Shown here piece by piece: positions 38,434 through 55,866 of a stretch of 64,000 nucleotides of DNA; the stretch's first letter is position 1; every line of letters starts with the position of its first letter. The stretch covers positions 56,234,001 to 56,298,000 of the forward strand of contig NC_043006.1 of the NCBI RefSeq assembly GCF_006345805.1, in the 5' to 3' direction. Source of the stretch: Octopus sinensis. Taxonomy: Eukaryota. Below the pieces are notes generated by a model. The model was not told the DNA's origin. It searched no databases and worked only from the letters and a program-made list of their open reading frames with translations. The translations under genes and the position numbers were made by a program.

Positions 38434-39293
38434 CAGCGTGCGATAGATAAATTATCGGTATTTTATGTTTTTAATTTCGTACATGCACATCGTTTGTTTT
38501 GGATTTTGCTGACTATACAGTGTAGTAGGGTCATTTGGGAACTGTCTTGTGAGAAAAACTGCACCATGACTCAATTCACTTTGCTGGAAAATTTGGAAAC
38601 GACATGCTGTACTGCTTGGCATTTTTACCGGAAGGTCGAGTACGAACATTTCAGAGTGTTTCGATGGCAACCTGAGGACAGTGCAATCTGAGGACATGAA
38701 CCGAGAGTGACAAAAATCAAACATCTTATCAAAATCACAGTGTTTGGAGTGATCACTAGTGATGGCGACGTTATGCCTCCATTCATCTTCCCACAAGGCG
38801 TCATACTTAACATGGAGGCCTACACAAAGTGCGTGGAGGAGGAAATGTTGCTCTCGGTCAAGAGGATGGCTACTAGAAAATCCTATACCTGGCAACATGA
38901 CTCTGCACCATGCCACACCAGCAGGAGAATACAGTCATTCCCGTCAGACCAAACGACCCCTAACATCTGGCAACATAACTCCCCGGATTGCAATCCCCGT
39001 GATTATTATGTGTGCGGCACGGTTGTGCAAGAGACCAACAAAATTCCTTATAACATCAAAGGATTACTGCATCAATCATGAACTTATACAAAGAGACCGA
39101 CCAGAAGAGTTTCAGGAGATTCTGAAGTTGATGGGAGGTCGTGGTTGAAGCCAATGTCGATTTTATTGAATACATTTACTCTTTCGTATTTCAAGATATA
39201 TTTTTTATAATTTCGGTAAATATATGTTAAAATAAGATCTCCGTGTTATTTTCGGTTTTACGTAATTTAGACAACAGTTTATTCACCGCACCT

Positions 39294-39295
<2 letters not shown>
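38434..39295 (+). mobile_element. Degenerate Tc1/mariner element, maT (DD37D)-like
   Basis: TA-CAGCGTGCGATAGATAAATT / AGTTTATTCACCGCACCTTG-TA ends; VFGVITSDGDVMPPFIF, WQHDSAPCHTS, NSPDCNPRDYYV. Confidence 0.8.
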
Positions 39296-39334
<39 letters not shown>

Positions 39335-39419
39335 AAAACACTATTATGCAATTCAAACAATGACAGACATAATCTAAATCATAAATAAAAAATAAAATAT
39401 ATATAATACAGTGTTAGAT

Positions 39420-42235
<2,816 letters not shown>

Positions 42236-42243
42236 TAATAATA

Positions 42244-42785
42244 AATGCCCTGACGCAGTACCAGTCAGTGGCTCTCATTGCTTCTGATCTTAACTGATTG
42301 GTAGTGTTATCATGTACATTGTTTGTCTTGGTATAAAAGATGGGCTACAGCATATATTCTACTCAATACCACAGATTTGCTTGTAGGCACCTTTATCTTA
42401 GCCAGTGGAATATATCTCTTAGTGGCTGACGGTATGTGCATCTCTGATCATAAGCAGAAGTAGTGGGACGCATTATGGAGATGTGTTGAGAGGATTCATT
42501 TTAGGTTTGGATAATTCACCTTTGAAAACATGTGTGTTTCGTTCATCATCCTTATACCACCCTTATTCAGGGACCTTTTGTGCGGCATCGCTACTCGACC
42601 TGAAGAAAATTCTAACTGTGCTCCACCTGAAAAGTCATGCGCTGCTTATCTTGATTTGAGATCACCATGTCTCTCATACGTGGTTGTGATGCATGTGCCT
42701 GATGCGCCCTTATCGGACAGCTTCATATATTTGTACACCAGTGTCAATTTTGCTGGTAAGCCCTGCTCTCTTACTCAATAATAAT
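42244..42785 (+). mobile_element. ~540-bp non-coding retroposon bounded by (TAA)n
   Basis: TAA repeats on both sides; 3' end homologous to 9195-9312. Confidence 0.6.
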
Positions 42786-42844
42786 ATATATTATGTATGT
42801 ATGTACGTACGTACATAATTATTCTTAAATTATAAGAATTTGAA

Positions 42845-43385
42845 ACACTATCCTCTGAGATTTTCCAGTCAACACCGACAGTACTATCCAGGCTAATCGA
42901 GGAGACAATTATTGAAGACAAGGAAGAAAATACTTGTAGACTAATAGACGTGAGTGTTCCTACTGATGAAAACATATTTGTAAAAGAATTTGGCAAATTG
43001 AATAAATATAAGGACCTGGAAATTGAAATACAAAAGATGTGGCAACTTAAAGCAAGAACTGTTCTTGTTATTGTAGGTGCCCTAGGTATGATAATAAAGG
43101 CTTGTCGGAAACATCTATATAACACCGTAGGTGAGTCATGTCTCAGAGAAATCCAAAAGATTGTGCTGAAAAGTACTTACACTTATTTAGAAAAACCCTG
43201 CCAATTTAAATGTCTGTGTTGTATTACATGAAGGTATTTAGCTACTGCCCATGTCACTTCCCCTCCTCAAGTATTCATTTATATAGTAACTTATCTTATC
43301 CTTCACTAGCCCTAAGACGTTGGGTATGTCTCGGCAGGTGATTGTAACAAACAAGCAGATTAAAAGTAAATGATAATAATAACAT
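42845..43385 (+). mobile_element. 3' RLE fragment of another R4/Dong-like element
   Basis: CRLIDVSVPTDENI..KEFGKLNKYKDLEIEIQKMW...VIVGALG; ends in ATGATAATAATAAC. Confidence 0.8.
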
Positions 43386-43454
43386 TGGACTAGAAGCTGG
43401 AAAGACACTCAGCAAGAAATGGAAACAAACTTGAAAGAAGATAATGAAATTAAT

Positions 43455-43620
43455 ATTGATTTCAAAATTTGACAGAGGGCCAGAAGTTCTGGGGAGAGGG
43501 GATAAGTGGATTTCATTGACACCAGTGATTAACTGGTACTTATTTCATCGACCTCGAAAGAATGAAAAGAAAAGTCGACCTCAGCAGAATTTGAACTCAG
43601 AACGTAAAGACGCACGAAAC
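43455..43620 (-). mobile_element. Nin-like SINE fragment
   Basis: CTGGTACTTATTTCATCGACC...GAATTTGAACTCAGAACG. Confidence 0.8.
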
Positions 43621-44504
43621 TCATTATGGGACACTGGCAATGCATCGTATTATTGCATCAAAATAGCTTAACATCTGGTACGTAGTAAGTCGTGTAGCTG
43701 TAGTACTGTTTCACTATGCTGCAGTACTGTATGTAAGTTTATGATTCTGTCTCGGTCATGGACCATCAAGCGACACTCTTCTATACAATTCTTTTAAAGG
43801 TTATCAAGATATCCATTTGGCTAAATGATCACATTATTGTAACAACAGCAAAAGTAATGCAGAGGTTATTGATGCATGGTCGCCGTTGCAGCGGTGTATT
43901 TAAGATGTTCTCTCTGTTTATAACTGCCTGGTTTCGTGTTCAATATTACTGCATAGCAAAATGATTGAATTATTATAACATAGATTGCGATTCGGGAAAG
44001 ACTTGTGAGATAAATTTGTTGAAATACACTTTAGTTATATTTAATCCTTTAGATGGGACTGCTCAACTTCTGTGGTGCTAAACTTAATTCGTTGGCCTAT
44101 TTAACAAATCCAACTGACATTAGCTCGCAATATTTCATCTGAGAATGAAATAGGTGACCTGATCACACACTTCTGTCTCAAAGCCTCTATAAATGGTGAT
44201 TAATTCTACTCTTCTTTCATAACGAACTCGCGTAAAGAAGAAAATATTTTCTGATGTGCCACAACGTGTGGCTTCAGTTTTGCATAAATGACGTTGTCTT
44301 TCGTTAGGTTGTTGAACTGAATTCAAATATACCTTTCAAGTCAGGAGAGTAGAATTAGATTGCTACTGATATTTCTGTATTATTTCAAGAGGTCATAACA
44401 TATTTAAGACGAATGCCAGTTATTAAATTACATGACAGTCTACAATAGTAAAATACAGTTGCAACAAAGTGGTTTTGTTCTAGTAATCTAAGTCTACAAC
44501 CGAA

Positions 44505-44833
44505 TATAAAAAGGGTGTTCATTAAAGATTTCCACTAGTATTTGTCTGTCATTTGCGGCCGATGCAATGGTGGCAATTGAATGCAGATCAGTGATCAGGT
44601 TCTTATGCTTGAAAGATCGTACAGCAATCATGAATCAGTTATTGCATTTTCTTCTCTCAACCCGTCTGATGGCTGAAATGTCTAACTCATTTTTTGTGAG
44701 AATCAACGTTCATATTTATACGTTTTACGAAGTTGAAATTGCAATTTTAAAATTTTCCCTCTCATAACATTATGAACGACAACGGATTTGTACCACATAG
44801 AAAGTTTCCGGTTACTTTTGGGTATCTCCTCGT
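44505..44833 (+). mobile_element. Mariner remnant
   Basis: MVAIECRSVIRFLCLKDRT resembles the N-terminus of the transposase starting at 33948; ends TTACTTTTGGGTATCTCCTCG-TA. Confidence 0.55.
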
Positions 44834-44835
44834 AC

Positions 44836-44924
<89 letters not shown>

Positions 44925-45654
44925 ATGAGCGAATGAGGGTACCATCGAACAAATACACTTATCAGTAGATTCCTTTATTTACGTTCGGTGAGTTTTACAT
45001 TTCGTCCTCTTCTAAGTTCAATAACTTCACTAACGAAGTACAAAACAGATGTCAATATGACCGGCGCAAAGTCTGGAAAGTGGTACTCGAGTATGGCCAC
45101 TAAACAATAACTGAGATCATTAAATGAATAAAACGATAAATCATGTGATTCGATCTGGAATTTTCATAATTTCAGTTTAACAAATCACTTTCATGTTATC
45201 CGATTGTTGGATAATATTTGATTGAAATGCGGTGATAGAAATATAAATCCTTTGAAAATTATCTTTATTTGTTTGGCAAGTAAAATAATTTGATAATAGC
45301 ATTTAAATATCTGCTTATTTGATACACTTAAGATTCACGACAATCATTTATTGTTAATACATTAATTTTAACACAAATCACCAATAAGTCTTTTGAAAAG
45401 ACGCTTAAAGTATTAGGATTAATTACATTTAATATATTATCCTTCAGTTTTGTTCCGTAATAAATATGTAGCTGATTTTCCGAAAATGGCTGGCAAGTTA
45501 TACACATAAATCTTTAAACTTGTAGATGTAGGGAATCAGGATAAATGTCTGACTTCTATAATTTTTCAGCGTATATAAAGTACTCTGACAAATCGAAACT
45601 AGGTCATCATGGGCAAGATATTTTTGCCATGGCCTTACTAATATATTGTCAACA

Positions 45655-45835
45655 TTACGTTCTGTCTTTACGTTCTGAGTTAAAATTACGCCGATGTCGA
45701 CTTTGCCTTTCATCCTTTCGGGGTCGATAAATTAAGTACCAGTTGCGCTCTGGGGTCGATATAATCGACTTAATCTCTTTGTCTGTCCTTGTTTGTCCCC
45801 TTATGTTTATCCCCTTGTGGGCAATAAAGAAATAA
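45655..45835 (+). mobile_element. Nin-like SINE, 5'-truncated
   Basis: GACTTTGCCTTTCATCCTTTCGGGGTCGATAAATTAAGTACCAG...AATAAAGAAATAA. Confidence 0.85.
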
Positions 45836-46621
45836 GAATTAAAGGAGATTCAACTTTACATGTAATCTTGTATTAAACTAGTGTCCCTAAAGTATTTCAT
45901 GAGCATTGGAAGTACTACTTCGTGCTGCATTAGAACCACTGTTTGACATGAATATTTCTACAATTCATTTCCCATTTTAAACAAAGCTATTCACATAACG
46001 AAAGCACCAAATGGCTGGAGGTTAAACAGTTTGTATTCTGTCTGAGCAACTCCTCAGTATCTCTGACAGAAAATTTTAAATCGCAGTTGCTTTATTATGA
46101 TTCACTGTTGCGAGCATCTGAAGATACTCTCAGTGTTTCTTGTGTACAATCAACAAGTGTTTTGTTGTTTTGGTAGCCTTGAGTACTGAGCGGCAATCCT
46201 AAATATGAGAAGAGAAATTGTGTGAACAACAACGTATGCTGTCTGAAATCACTGCAAGAATTCCATTAATAATCGAGTAATCAATACATGCATACGAGAT
46301 GTGTAATAGTGGAATTCATTTGCCCAGAAGAAGCAAAGTTGAAGATTAGTGAAAAAGGAAGAATAAATAAATAATAAAGACATCATTGTTGAACTAATTC
46401 TGCAATAACTTGTTTAACAAGCTCCCGTTTTTATCAATAAATATTGGGGTACGCGGACACGTAAATAGCTATTTCATTGTTAATAGTACCTGAATAGGGA
46501 AGTTGGGTGTCACAAATCCAGAGTCAACACATATAATTAAAAGATTATAGCATGTCATGAACCGCAGTGTGAAAATACGTTGAATACACCAGAAAATTAA
46601 CGTACAATAAGTACATTCCTA

Positions 46622-46652
<31 letters not shown>

Positions 46653-46742
46653 TTCTTACTCTCTCTCCCCCTCCCCCTCTCTCTCTCTCTCTCACACACA
46701 CACTACACACTATGTATGTATGTATGTATGTATGTATGTATG

Positions 46743-46852
<110 letters not shown>

Positions 46853-49618
46853 TGTCTGTCTGCTTGTATGTATGTACGTCAGTCTGCTTACAATTATATG
46901 TACATACATTGAAATGAAAACATTAATGTACGCATATAAGACCAAACGAAGATTCAAACGTGCAATACGTAAGTGCGCATGTATACATGTGCTCTCAAAC
47001 ATTCGTACGTACATATTTACATGCAGGAGGAAGGAATGGAGTATGGGGATGCGCCGAACAACTTTTCACAAACAAAGCTGTACTGTCTGAAGTGGAAAAA
47101 ACACTGTAGGAGCCTTACAACAGTATAGCTTAATTGTAGGAAAGCGTTCCACTCCATTCCCCACACATGGTTGCCGAAGTTTCATTTGGAAAATGTGTCT
47201 GATACCTTAATTGCTGCCATTGAAAGGTTCCCAAAGACCTGAGCAACAATTTTACATTTAGAACTGAGAGCGGGACAATCGTCTCCGATGTTATAAATAT
47301 TTCAAAGGGAAAATTCAAAGGAGATAATCTTTCAGTAATTCTTTTCATTTTGGCATTCAGTCCATTATTATTCCTGTCACAAGAATCAAATGTCTATATG
47401 CTAGGGTCTGCAGGTGCTAGAGTTTTTATTGTAACCCATAATTTCATTTCTATGTTAAAAATTTTAATAATATCAAAATACAACTGGAATTAATAACATT
47501 TTCAACTGATATATGAATGGAATTTGACCAAAAGAAATGTCCATATTTGATTGCTGAATATGCAAAATCAATGCCTCCACTACCATCGACCCAAAATCTG
47601 TGCATCAATGGTCTCACTATTGTTCCTGTCCTACAAAAGAATGTTACAGGTAACTAGGGATTCATGAAAATATCACACGAAGGTACCATGAATAAAGATA
47701 GAGTGACCCGAGAATGTTAAACTAGACTTAGAAAAATATGGCAGCCAGAACTCTCCTATTACAATAAGACAACATTCCACAATTCATTTTCAGTGCTGAT
47801 TCCATAATTTAGGATTCTTAATTAGTCTGCAGCTTCATGTCCATATTGGACTCGAGACAACTATATCACATCACACTTCGAATGTTGTGCATTTGCAATC
47901 CAGTAACACAAGATTGCTGCGAAATACCTATTAAACAATAGAGGCAGTGAAGCCATTGCAACCAAAAACGTAGATTATGTCATATTTCTGAGGACGACAT
48001 CATGCAGGTCATTAGCAGCTGCCCAAAAATGTCATCAAAGTTTTACCTCCCTATGCGACATGACGTTGTCGCAAAACTACTGTGCACTGCCATTCGGTAA
48101 AAAAAAACCAGTCCTTAAAGAAATATTGAGAATACCCCTGTTATTGAGTGCATACACAAAAATCGAAAATTTAAAATTATGATTTTCATGTCTTAACTAT
48201 AGATTAGTACTTGTGCGTATCATCATAGGTACAATGAGTTATATAAGATCAGTTTATCATAAATCTTGTTAATTCTATGATTTTCCAATGTTATCGCATT
48301 ATGATCATTTGTAAGATATTTCACAAATTCTCAAATTGAGTTAACTGGAATGGACATATACAGACCTGAGCAAATGGAATGCATACATACATATGGAATA
48401 CATACATATGTACTTATATACGTATGTTCATGGGTGCAAGAATACAAACATATAAAGCAATCACACTCGAATTCTGAAGAGACATTTTCACCAATTGGAT
48501 GATTGCAAGTATATCCATACATACTTCACATATAAATATGCATTAACTCACAAATTCACAAATACCTGGCATTATCTTCACTAAAACAAAAATCGCTTTG
48601 TCACTTTGTTAGCAACCGGTGTGAATTTTACGTAAACCATCGCCTAGATTCCAGAAAAAACTATCACGTAAATTCCACAAAAAACGTACATACAGCGTTA
48701 CATAGGTGCATGTATGAATATGTTTATAAGTACTTACATATATACATCAGGACTTGGTACAAGCAAGAAAGACAAATGTATGAACATCAACGTTAAATAT
48801 TATATAAACAACTTTGAAACTTACTCCAAAGATGTGAGCAAGCTGTATAAAGAAAAGAACATCGGGAAGAGATCAAATAGTTGGATACTGGTGTTATACG
48901 TCGCTGTTCTATAGAAAACCTTAATGTGTATTTAACTCTTTTGATACCAACCCACGCGAGACTGTCCCTGATTCCATGGCTCAAATTTCCTGTCTTAAAG
49001 TAATCCAAATATATGCCTTCCAGGAAAATTTCATGTTAATTTATGTCCAAAAGTCAGCTTAATAATGACAGTTATTTTATTAAATTCTTTATTATTTTCT
49101 AAACGAATTTAAACAAATCAATGTATTCCAAGGAAGTTTAGAACAGTTGCTCTCAACCATTTCATATCTGTGAACTCCTTTGATTCCTCTCTTACGTTAG
49201 TAGATCCTTAACGCTATTTGATGTCGAAATAATATCCTATTATATTTATATAGTTAAACATTAGGAATTGTATAGAAAAACTGTTAAAATATTCTGAGAA
49301 TATGATGAATAGAATACAAAGTACAACGAAGGGCAAATTTAAGAAAATAGTATTGTATGAAGAAAACTAATATCCTTTGGAGGCTTAAGTAAATTAATTA
49401 AATATAATGATAAGGCCAGAATAAAACCGAAACACATCCACGAATAGAATCATTCCTTGTATCGAAAGAAAATAAACGATTGTTCAGTTTTGACTTTTTA
49501 ACAGCTATAACTCCTAATTTTTTTGTTTTTTGTTGCCACTATTTTATCAAGAATTTGCATATCCTCTTTGTTACGATTACATGTATTTAGTATGTAATAT
49601 AGTTCCAAACTTTTTAAC

Positions 49619-49965
49619 CTTTTACTTGTTTCAGTCATTGTTCTGCAGCCATGCTAGGGCACCGTCTTGAAGGGTTTAGTTGCAGAAATCAATCTTAGCA
49701 CTTACTTTGAAGTTTGATACTTATTCTATTGGTCTCTTTTGCTGAAGCTATGTTATGAGAATGGAAGCAAACCAATACCAGTTGCGAAGCGGTGATGGGA
49801 CAGGCACAAACACAAAGGCACATTCGCACATAAACAAGCATACACGCATATATAAGTTGGGCGTCCATACAGTTTCCGTCAACCAAATTCACTCACAAGG
49901 CATTAGACTATAGCAAAAAGCTTATGTCCAAGATGCCGTGGGACTTAACCCCAAAACACGTGACT
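49619..49965 (-). mobile_element. CORE-like tRNA SINE
   Basis: Reverse-complement homolog of 23251-23649. Confidence 0.75.
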
Positions 49966-49984
49966 GCAATTTAAACTAGCAATG

Positions 49985-50793
49985 CGATCTACAAATGATC
50001 ACAATGCTTTAGAAACGGTGGAAGAATTTGATTTGGGAAGTCTACGAAAAGTGGGTAGCTCGGCAGTTGATACCCGTTGTGCATGAAAGAGTGGTGAATC
50101 TTACTCTGATTTTCTGGAAGCATCTGAAGCTAATTGAAGGCAGTTTTTTTCCTCTCTAGAAACGTAGAGTGTTGAAACGTAGAGGCAAATGAACGCTCAG
50201 TTTATGCAATGGCGTCACATCTCTTCTCCAAGGTCAAAGTTCAAGATGGAACGAAAGTAACGGTGGCTGTGTTTTGGAAATTGACTTCGAGTTTTGGAAA
50301 GTGATTGTACCATGAATAGCGAGCAGTACACCCTAGACACTCAAAACGCTTAGCAAAGTCACTAGGGGGGAAAACTCAAACAAGAATCTAATAATCATTC
50401 ATATTGACCATGACAATACATGACCACCCGCAATAACAAAACAGGCAGTCAGCAAATTAGGCTGGTCAGTGGTCCCCTGTCAATTGTACAGTCCGATCTG
50501 ACACGGTCCGACTTCCACTTGTTCGGTCTAACGAGGTACAGTCTTCGTAGACAAGGATAGTCGGGGTCAAAATGGCTGTAAAGTAGGTACGACATGTACA
50601 TACAACCGTATTACCTGAAATAATTTCATGGAAAATGTAAGTTGGGCTCAACGACGGTGCAAATGCATAGCTTGTGATGGTGAGTAGTATATTTGTATAG
50701 ACAAAGAGTTAATCTACTTGTTGGTGCAATTTAAACAATCTATGTCAGTTAATAACAAAATTACGGTCACTTTTGCATTACTTCAATACTCTC
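49985..50793 (+). mobile_element. Highly degenerate mariner, 3' two-thirds
   Basis: KVTVAVFW, HDNT, YSP..SDFHLFG; ends TTACTTCAATACTCTCG-TA. Confidence 0.7.
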
Positions 50794-51476
50794 GTATTAT
50801 AATTAAACTCACCAACAAAATGTTCTCAACTCTTAATCCTTACGTAGGAAAAGGTAGATTAAAGGAAATTATACTATTTCTGCTTGTAGCTGCATTCTAA
50901 AACCATAAGCTTGAAATAGTATTAAAATCTTCGTTTTCTGCACTAATGTAGGAGGGCATGAAGTGTAATAAGCAAGGAAGATGGGATCTGTAAGTTATAT
51001 GATAGCTGTTTTAGTATCACCTGTTGTTGGATTAATTTTGTCGCTTATCACTCCGGCAGTTAGTAAAACAAGATTCTTCAATATAATAGGAACAAGAAAG
51101 TAGTTAGCTTTAAAAAAAAATCGATGTCATTTCTAAACGTGTAAATGGATCAGTGACACATTAGTAAGTTCTTCGGGAAGTGAATCTACAGAATAATTTC
51201 CCAAAACTAGATTATGCATTGTTCCCAATTTTCCAGTTTGTGTTGGAAATAATTGCTTTCTCGAATTGCTGAAATGCCCCTCGTGGTTGTTGAAGATAGT
51301 CACCTTCTGGTAGTTACTTTCTGAAATAGGGCTTTAGCATGAAATAAGATTGTGTTATACGCCAGCTATTCCATGCAAGCTCTGACATAATCATCCTTAT
51401 GTTGAACAAATTTCGATAGACAGAAACTATGAAAATGTCGGTAGCTTTTATCTATCTATCTATCAATCTATCTATA

Positions 51477-51547
<71 letters not shown>

Positions 51548-52533
51548 TTGTCTGTTTGTATGTATGTATGTCAGGCATTTATGTATCATGTACCAATCAA
51601 TCTAACTATCTAGTCATGTTTCCATGCCAATATATATTGGTTTCCACGGTTTTCACGTCAATGTTTACATGCTTACATTGACGAGGAAACCAGGGCACTT
51701 TGAGCAAAGTACTTATACATATTTATACTTATACATATTTGACATACCGAGTTACAGACACTTCGTTGTCATCTTCCCTGCCAGAACTGCAGTAGACCAG
51801 TAATCGGTTTGTGGCAAACCTAAACAACAAGGTGAATTCTCGACATCTGTAGTATAAAATATATAAATAAATAAATAAAACGGAACGGGAATTTGAATCA
51901 AATGGCAAAATGGTAGACACACACGGCTGATTGACGCCACTCTGAAGTTGAAGGTTTCCAGATTGTTCTGATATGTATGCCGGAGAGATATATAAACTAA
52001 GATAATTTTACCTAAGTCTTCTGCTCAAAAGGGAAGAAAAAAAACAATCGCAGATTTTTTTTAACACTTGACAAAGGAGCAGACAGTTACGTTGCATTTG
52101 TTTTCTCCATTACGAAACAATTCAAGCATATTATAACTCGTAGTAGAGAAATTTCTGGTATATCATAACCCTACATAATGTTAAAGAGTTTTGTTCGTGA
52201 TTGTCGTAATTGATGAGGCTTTCATTGTGAAGAAAGGAAAAAGGTGTTTATGTTCTGTTATTAGTGCTGTGTTGTGTACGTAATAACGACTTATAAGGCT
52301 CAATAATCTGCACCACTTAGGTGTTAATGCGCACTTCAGGATTCCTGCTACTGTTCTCTGTGAGCAATAGGAGCAGCAATGAGTGATTTCTAAGGAATGA
52401 TTTACTTTAATATTTTCAAATGAATCTAAAATTGAAATGATGGAATTCACCGGAATGTCGTTCAACGGTAATCTAACCAACTGCAACAAACAACAAACAG
52501 AAGCATTGTTGGGCGCTTATAATGTTTGCTTTG

Positions 52534-52769
52534 TAAGGGCGGCGAGCTGGCAGAATCGTTAGCACACCGGTCGAAATGCTTAGCTGTATTTCGTCTGCCG
52601 TAACGTTCTGAGTTCAAACTCCGCCGAGGTCGACTTTGCCTTTCATCCTTTCGGGGTCGATTAAATAAATACCAGTTACGCACTGGGGTCGATGTAATCG
52701 ACTTAATACCTATGTCTGTCCTTGTTTGTCCCCCTCTATGTTTAACCCCCTCTGGGCAATTAAGAAATA
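52534..52769 (+). mobile_element. Full-length Nin-like tRNA SINE with 16-bp TSD
   Basis: TSD TATAATGTTTGCTTTG at 52518-52533 and 52770-52785; A and B boxes intact. Confidence 0.92.
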
Positions 52770-53763
52770 TATAATGTTTGCTTTGCAACCATATGACTCC
52801 GGGTTTGTTCCTACTGCGCGGTATCATAGGAAAGTATCTTTTGCTATATTCACTAATTGTACAATACCTATACATAAAAATCAGCTGGCGAAAACTGTGC
52901 GGAAGCCCACATGAAACATTAAAGAACAAATTCCTTTCTATCTTCGTTTGCCAAGAGAATAATAAGTGTATTTACATTTGTTTAGAGTTTCACATCGAAA
53001 GCTTTAGATACTGTACTTTATCTAGTTTAAATTTTTATGTTTTTTAACCACTATGTGTTGTACATAAATACTTAACCACTATGTGTTGTACATAAATACT
53101 TATTAATTTTATATATATATATATATGCGCACAAGTGTATGTATATATGTTCTAAATATTAGATTCCAACCAAACATTGATTGCCATACAAATATGGCAT
53201 AGAGCCGCCAGTTCATCAATCACATTAAAAGAAAGATCAATTTTCATAAAATACAAAACAAAACCTGACATAAAAACATTAGTGGACAACATATTTATAC
53301 TCTACTGATATCCCCGCAAAAATAAATAATTAATGATAGAAGTGTTACCTATAATACAGCAAAGTACAAAAATAAACAGATAGACATACATTAATCGCAA
53401 GCAAAATTAAGGGCTTGACTGAAGGTATGTAAATCTAACGATCAAATTTCAAATTCCAGCATTAACGCTTGGACAAATCTCATTGACCTGCTTTCTATAA
53501 AGAGTCAGTCAAATAGGCTAACAACACCTCAGCTTCAAGATAAGCCACGAACAGTCTAAAAACTTCTATGATAGGTTTGGGAATTTTACTGTTCTGGGGT
53601 CATATGAAAATACAAATAGTTATTATTCTACAAAAATCGATAAAACTAGAACAGAGTTGTATAATCAGTACGTTAATACGTGTCTAAAAAAGAAAGCTGT
53701 TAGCTGTATATACATATTTGTGTGTTCGTGCGCATGCGAGCGTGTGAGTGTGCTTGTGTGTGC

Positions 53764-53795
<32 letters not shown>

Positions 53796-55013
53796 TGGGT
53801 GTGTGTGTGTGTTTCTATATTTCATCGACGTATATCGATCAAGAGAACCTATAAACTAGAGCACTTCAAATGAAGCCCTTTGTCGTATTTGTTCTGTCGC
53901 GAGTTACAGCTTTTTTCATGTTAATCTCCCTGCGACATTCAACAGACCAGTAACTGTCCTATTTTAAATCTGTAAGTAGTAACGATATCGCTCACTAATT
54001 TTCCATTTGAGCTAACATACTTCCCCAGCTGCCCGATATACTTATTAGTTCCTAACATTATTACAAAGGTTAACATTTTGGTATATCACACGCACTTGAT
54101 TTATCGATTCCGACAAAGATGAAAATCAAAGAATTCAGAACGGAGGGCTATATGATAAATACTAGAAGACATTTAGCCCGAACCTCTATTGATTCTGATA
54201 TTAAAATCATATTCAACGTTGACAGAAAGCTATAAATTTAGGTGGAGGGAGCAGTCCAGTTCTTCTCAGTACCTGTTATATTATATACCTAGCAGTTACT
54301 TCCAGGTTTAAAACAGTACCTGTTATATTATATACCTGGCAGTTCTTTCTTACATTGGTTATGTAAGGAAGAAAAGCAAAAAGAAGGATCAATTTGGAAT
54401 TTGGGGCCAGGACATTGTGAAACATAGCTGCATAGTGCATGAAAGTATAGCATTTTTATTCGTTGTTCTGATTCTATCCCCGGCCCACCCCTGGCTCTGT
54501 TGTAATAATAGTATAAAACGAAGGATAATGTTGCTATCTAAATTCGGCTCAAATATACAAACTATGAAGAGAGAAAGGTAAAAATCAATACAATCTACTC
54601 AAGAATTTATTCTATATTATGCGATTCATGCACTCGACTCTATTACTTAACAATTATTTGACTCAAGTACATGTGTCTTATAATTATTTCTATTACGTGA
54701 TTCATGTACTTCATTCTAAATACGTCATACAACATCTGTAGTTCCATAAGGAGAGCTACGAGTCTTACGGAAACTCAATGGTATTTCGTAAGATATTTGT
54801 AAGAGGGCTTTATCTCTCAATCCATTAAATACTTTATGTATATGCAATGCTCCATCAAATTTCTTCCGGAACAATTTGGAAGAAACTACAGTAAAATAGT
54901 ATTCTTGAGCTTGTTCGGAGTTGTTCATCATATACTTTATTATTATATTCATTTGTATGCACTGCCGTTTATTTATAGATCAGTGCAAATCAACCAGTAA
55001 ATTTCTCTATATA

Positions 55014-55118
<105 letters not shown>

Positions 55119-55189
55119 GTGTCTGTCGGTCTGTACCTGGCTGTCTGTCTGCCTGCCTGCCTATCTGTCAGTCTATTTCTTTGTCTTTC

Positions 55190-55364
55190 TGTGTGGTAAG
55201 AAGCATGCATCCAAACCTTGCGGTTCCGGTTTCAGCCCCACTGCGTAGCACCTTGGGCAAGTGTCTTCTACTATTGCCTCAGGCCAACTAAAGCCTTGTG
55301 AGTGGAATTGGCAGACGGAAACTGGAAGGAGCCCGGTGTATATATGTGTATGTATATATATATA

Positions 55365-55425
<61 letters not shown>

Positions 55426-55793
55426 AGTAGGGAATATCATTCCAAACTTACCGGGAAAAATTCAATTTAGCAATTCTAAATCAATTTTCCCAATATATAA
55501 TATATGTATATAATTAAGAGAAATAATCTCTATTAAGTAATTCAATAGTGAATGACATTATCTATATTATATAGAAAAAATATAATTAAGAGAAGTAATC
55601 TCTATTAAGTAATTCAATAGTGAATGACATTATCTATATTATATAGAAAAAATATAAATATTATTCTCAATTTAATGTTTATTTAATTTAGTGATTTTTA
55701 GAATATTTATTATAGAATATTTAAATTTTTCCTATATGATATAGGTAATGTCTTTCACCATTGAATTACTTGATAGAGGTTATTTCTCTTAAT

Positions 55794-55866
<73 letters not shown>

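Noticed and set aside
47100-48060. Possible decayed Helitron/PIF1 helicase on the minus strand (GGKT, FPFEIF)
   Set aside because: Diagnostic motifs (GDxxQLxPV, KSQGQT, GQLYVAxSR) are not recoverable by eye; needs a frameshift-aware search
52181-52489. 102-aa minus-strand ORF after a possible acceptor
   Set aside because: No recognisable domain; length is compatible with chance
53044-53102. 29-bp tandem duplication (similar short ones at 4878-4911, 15246-15299, 54267-54345)
   Set aside because: Ordinary local slippage or repair duplications
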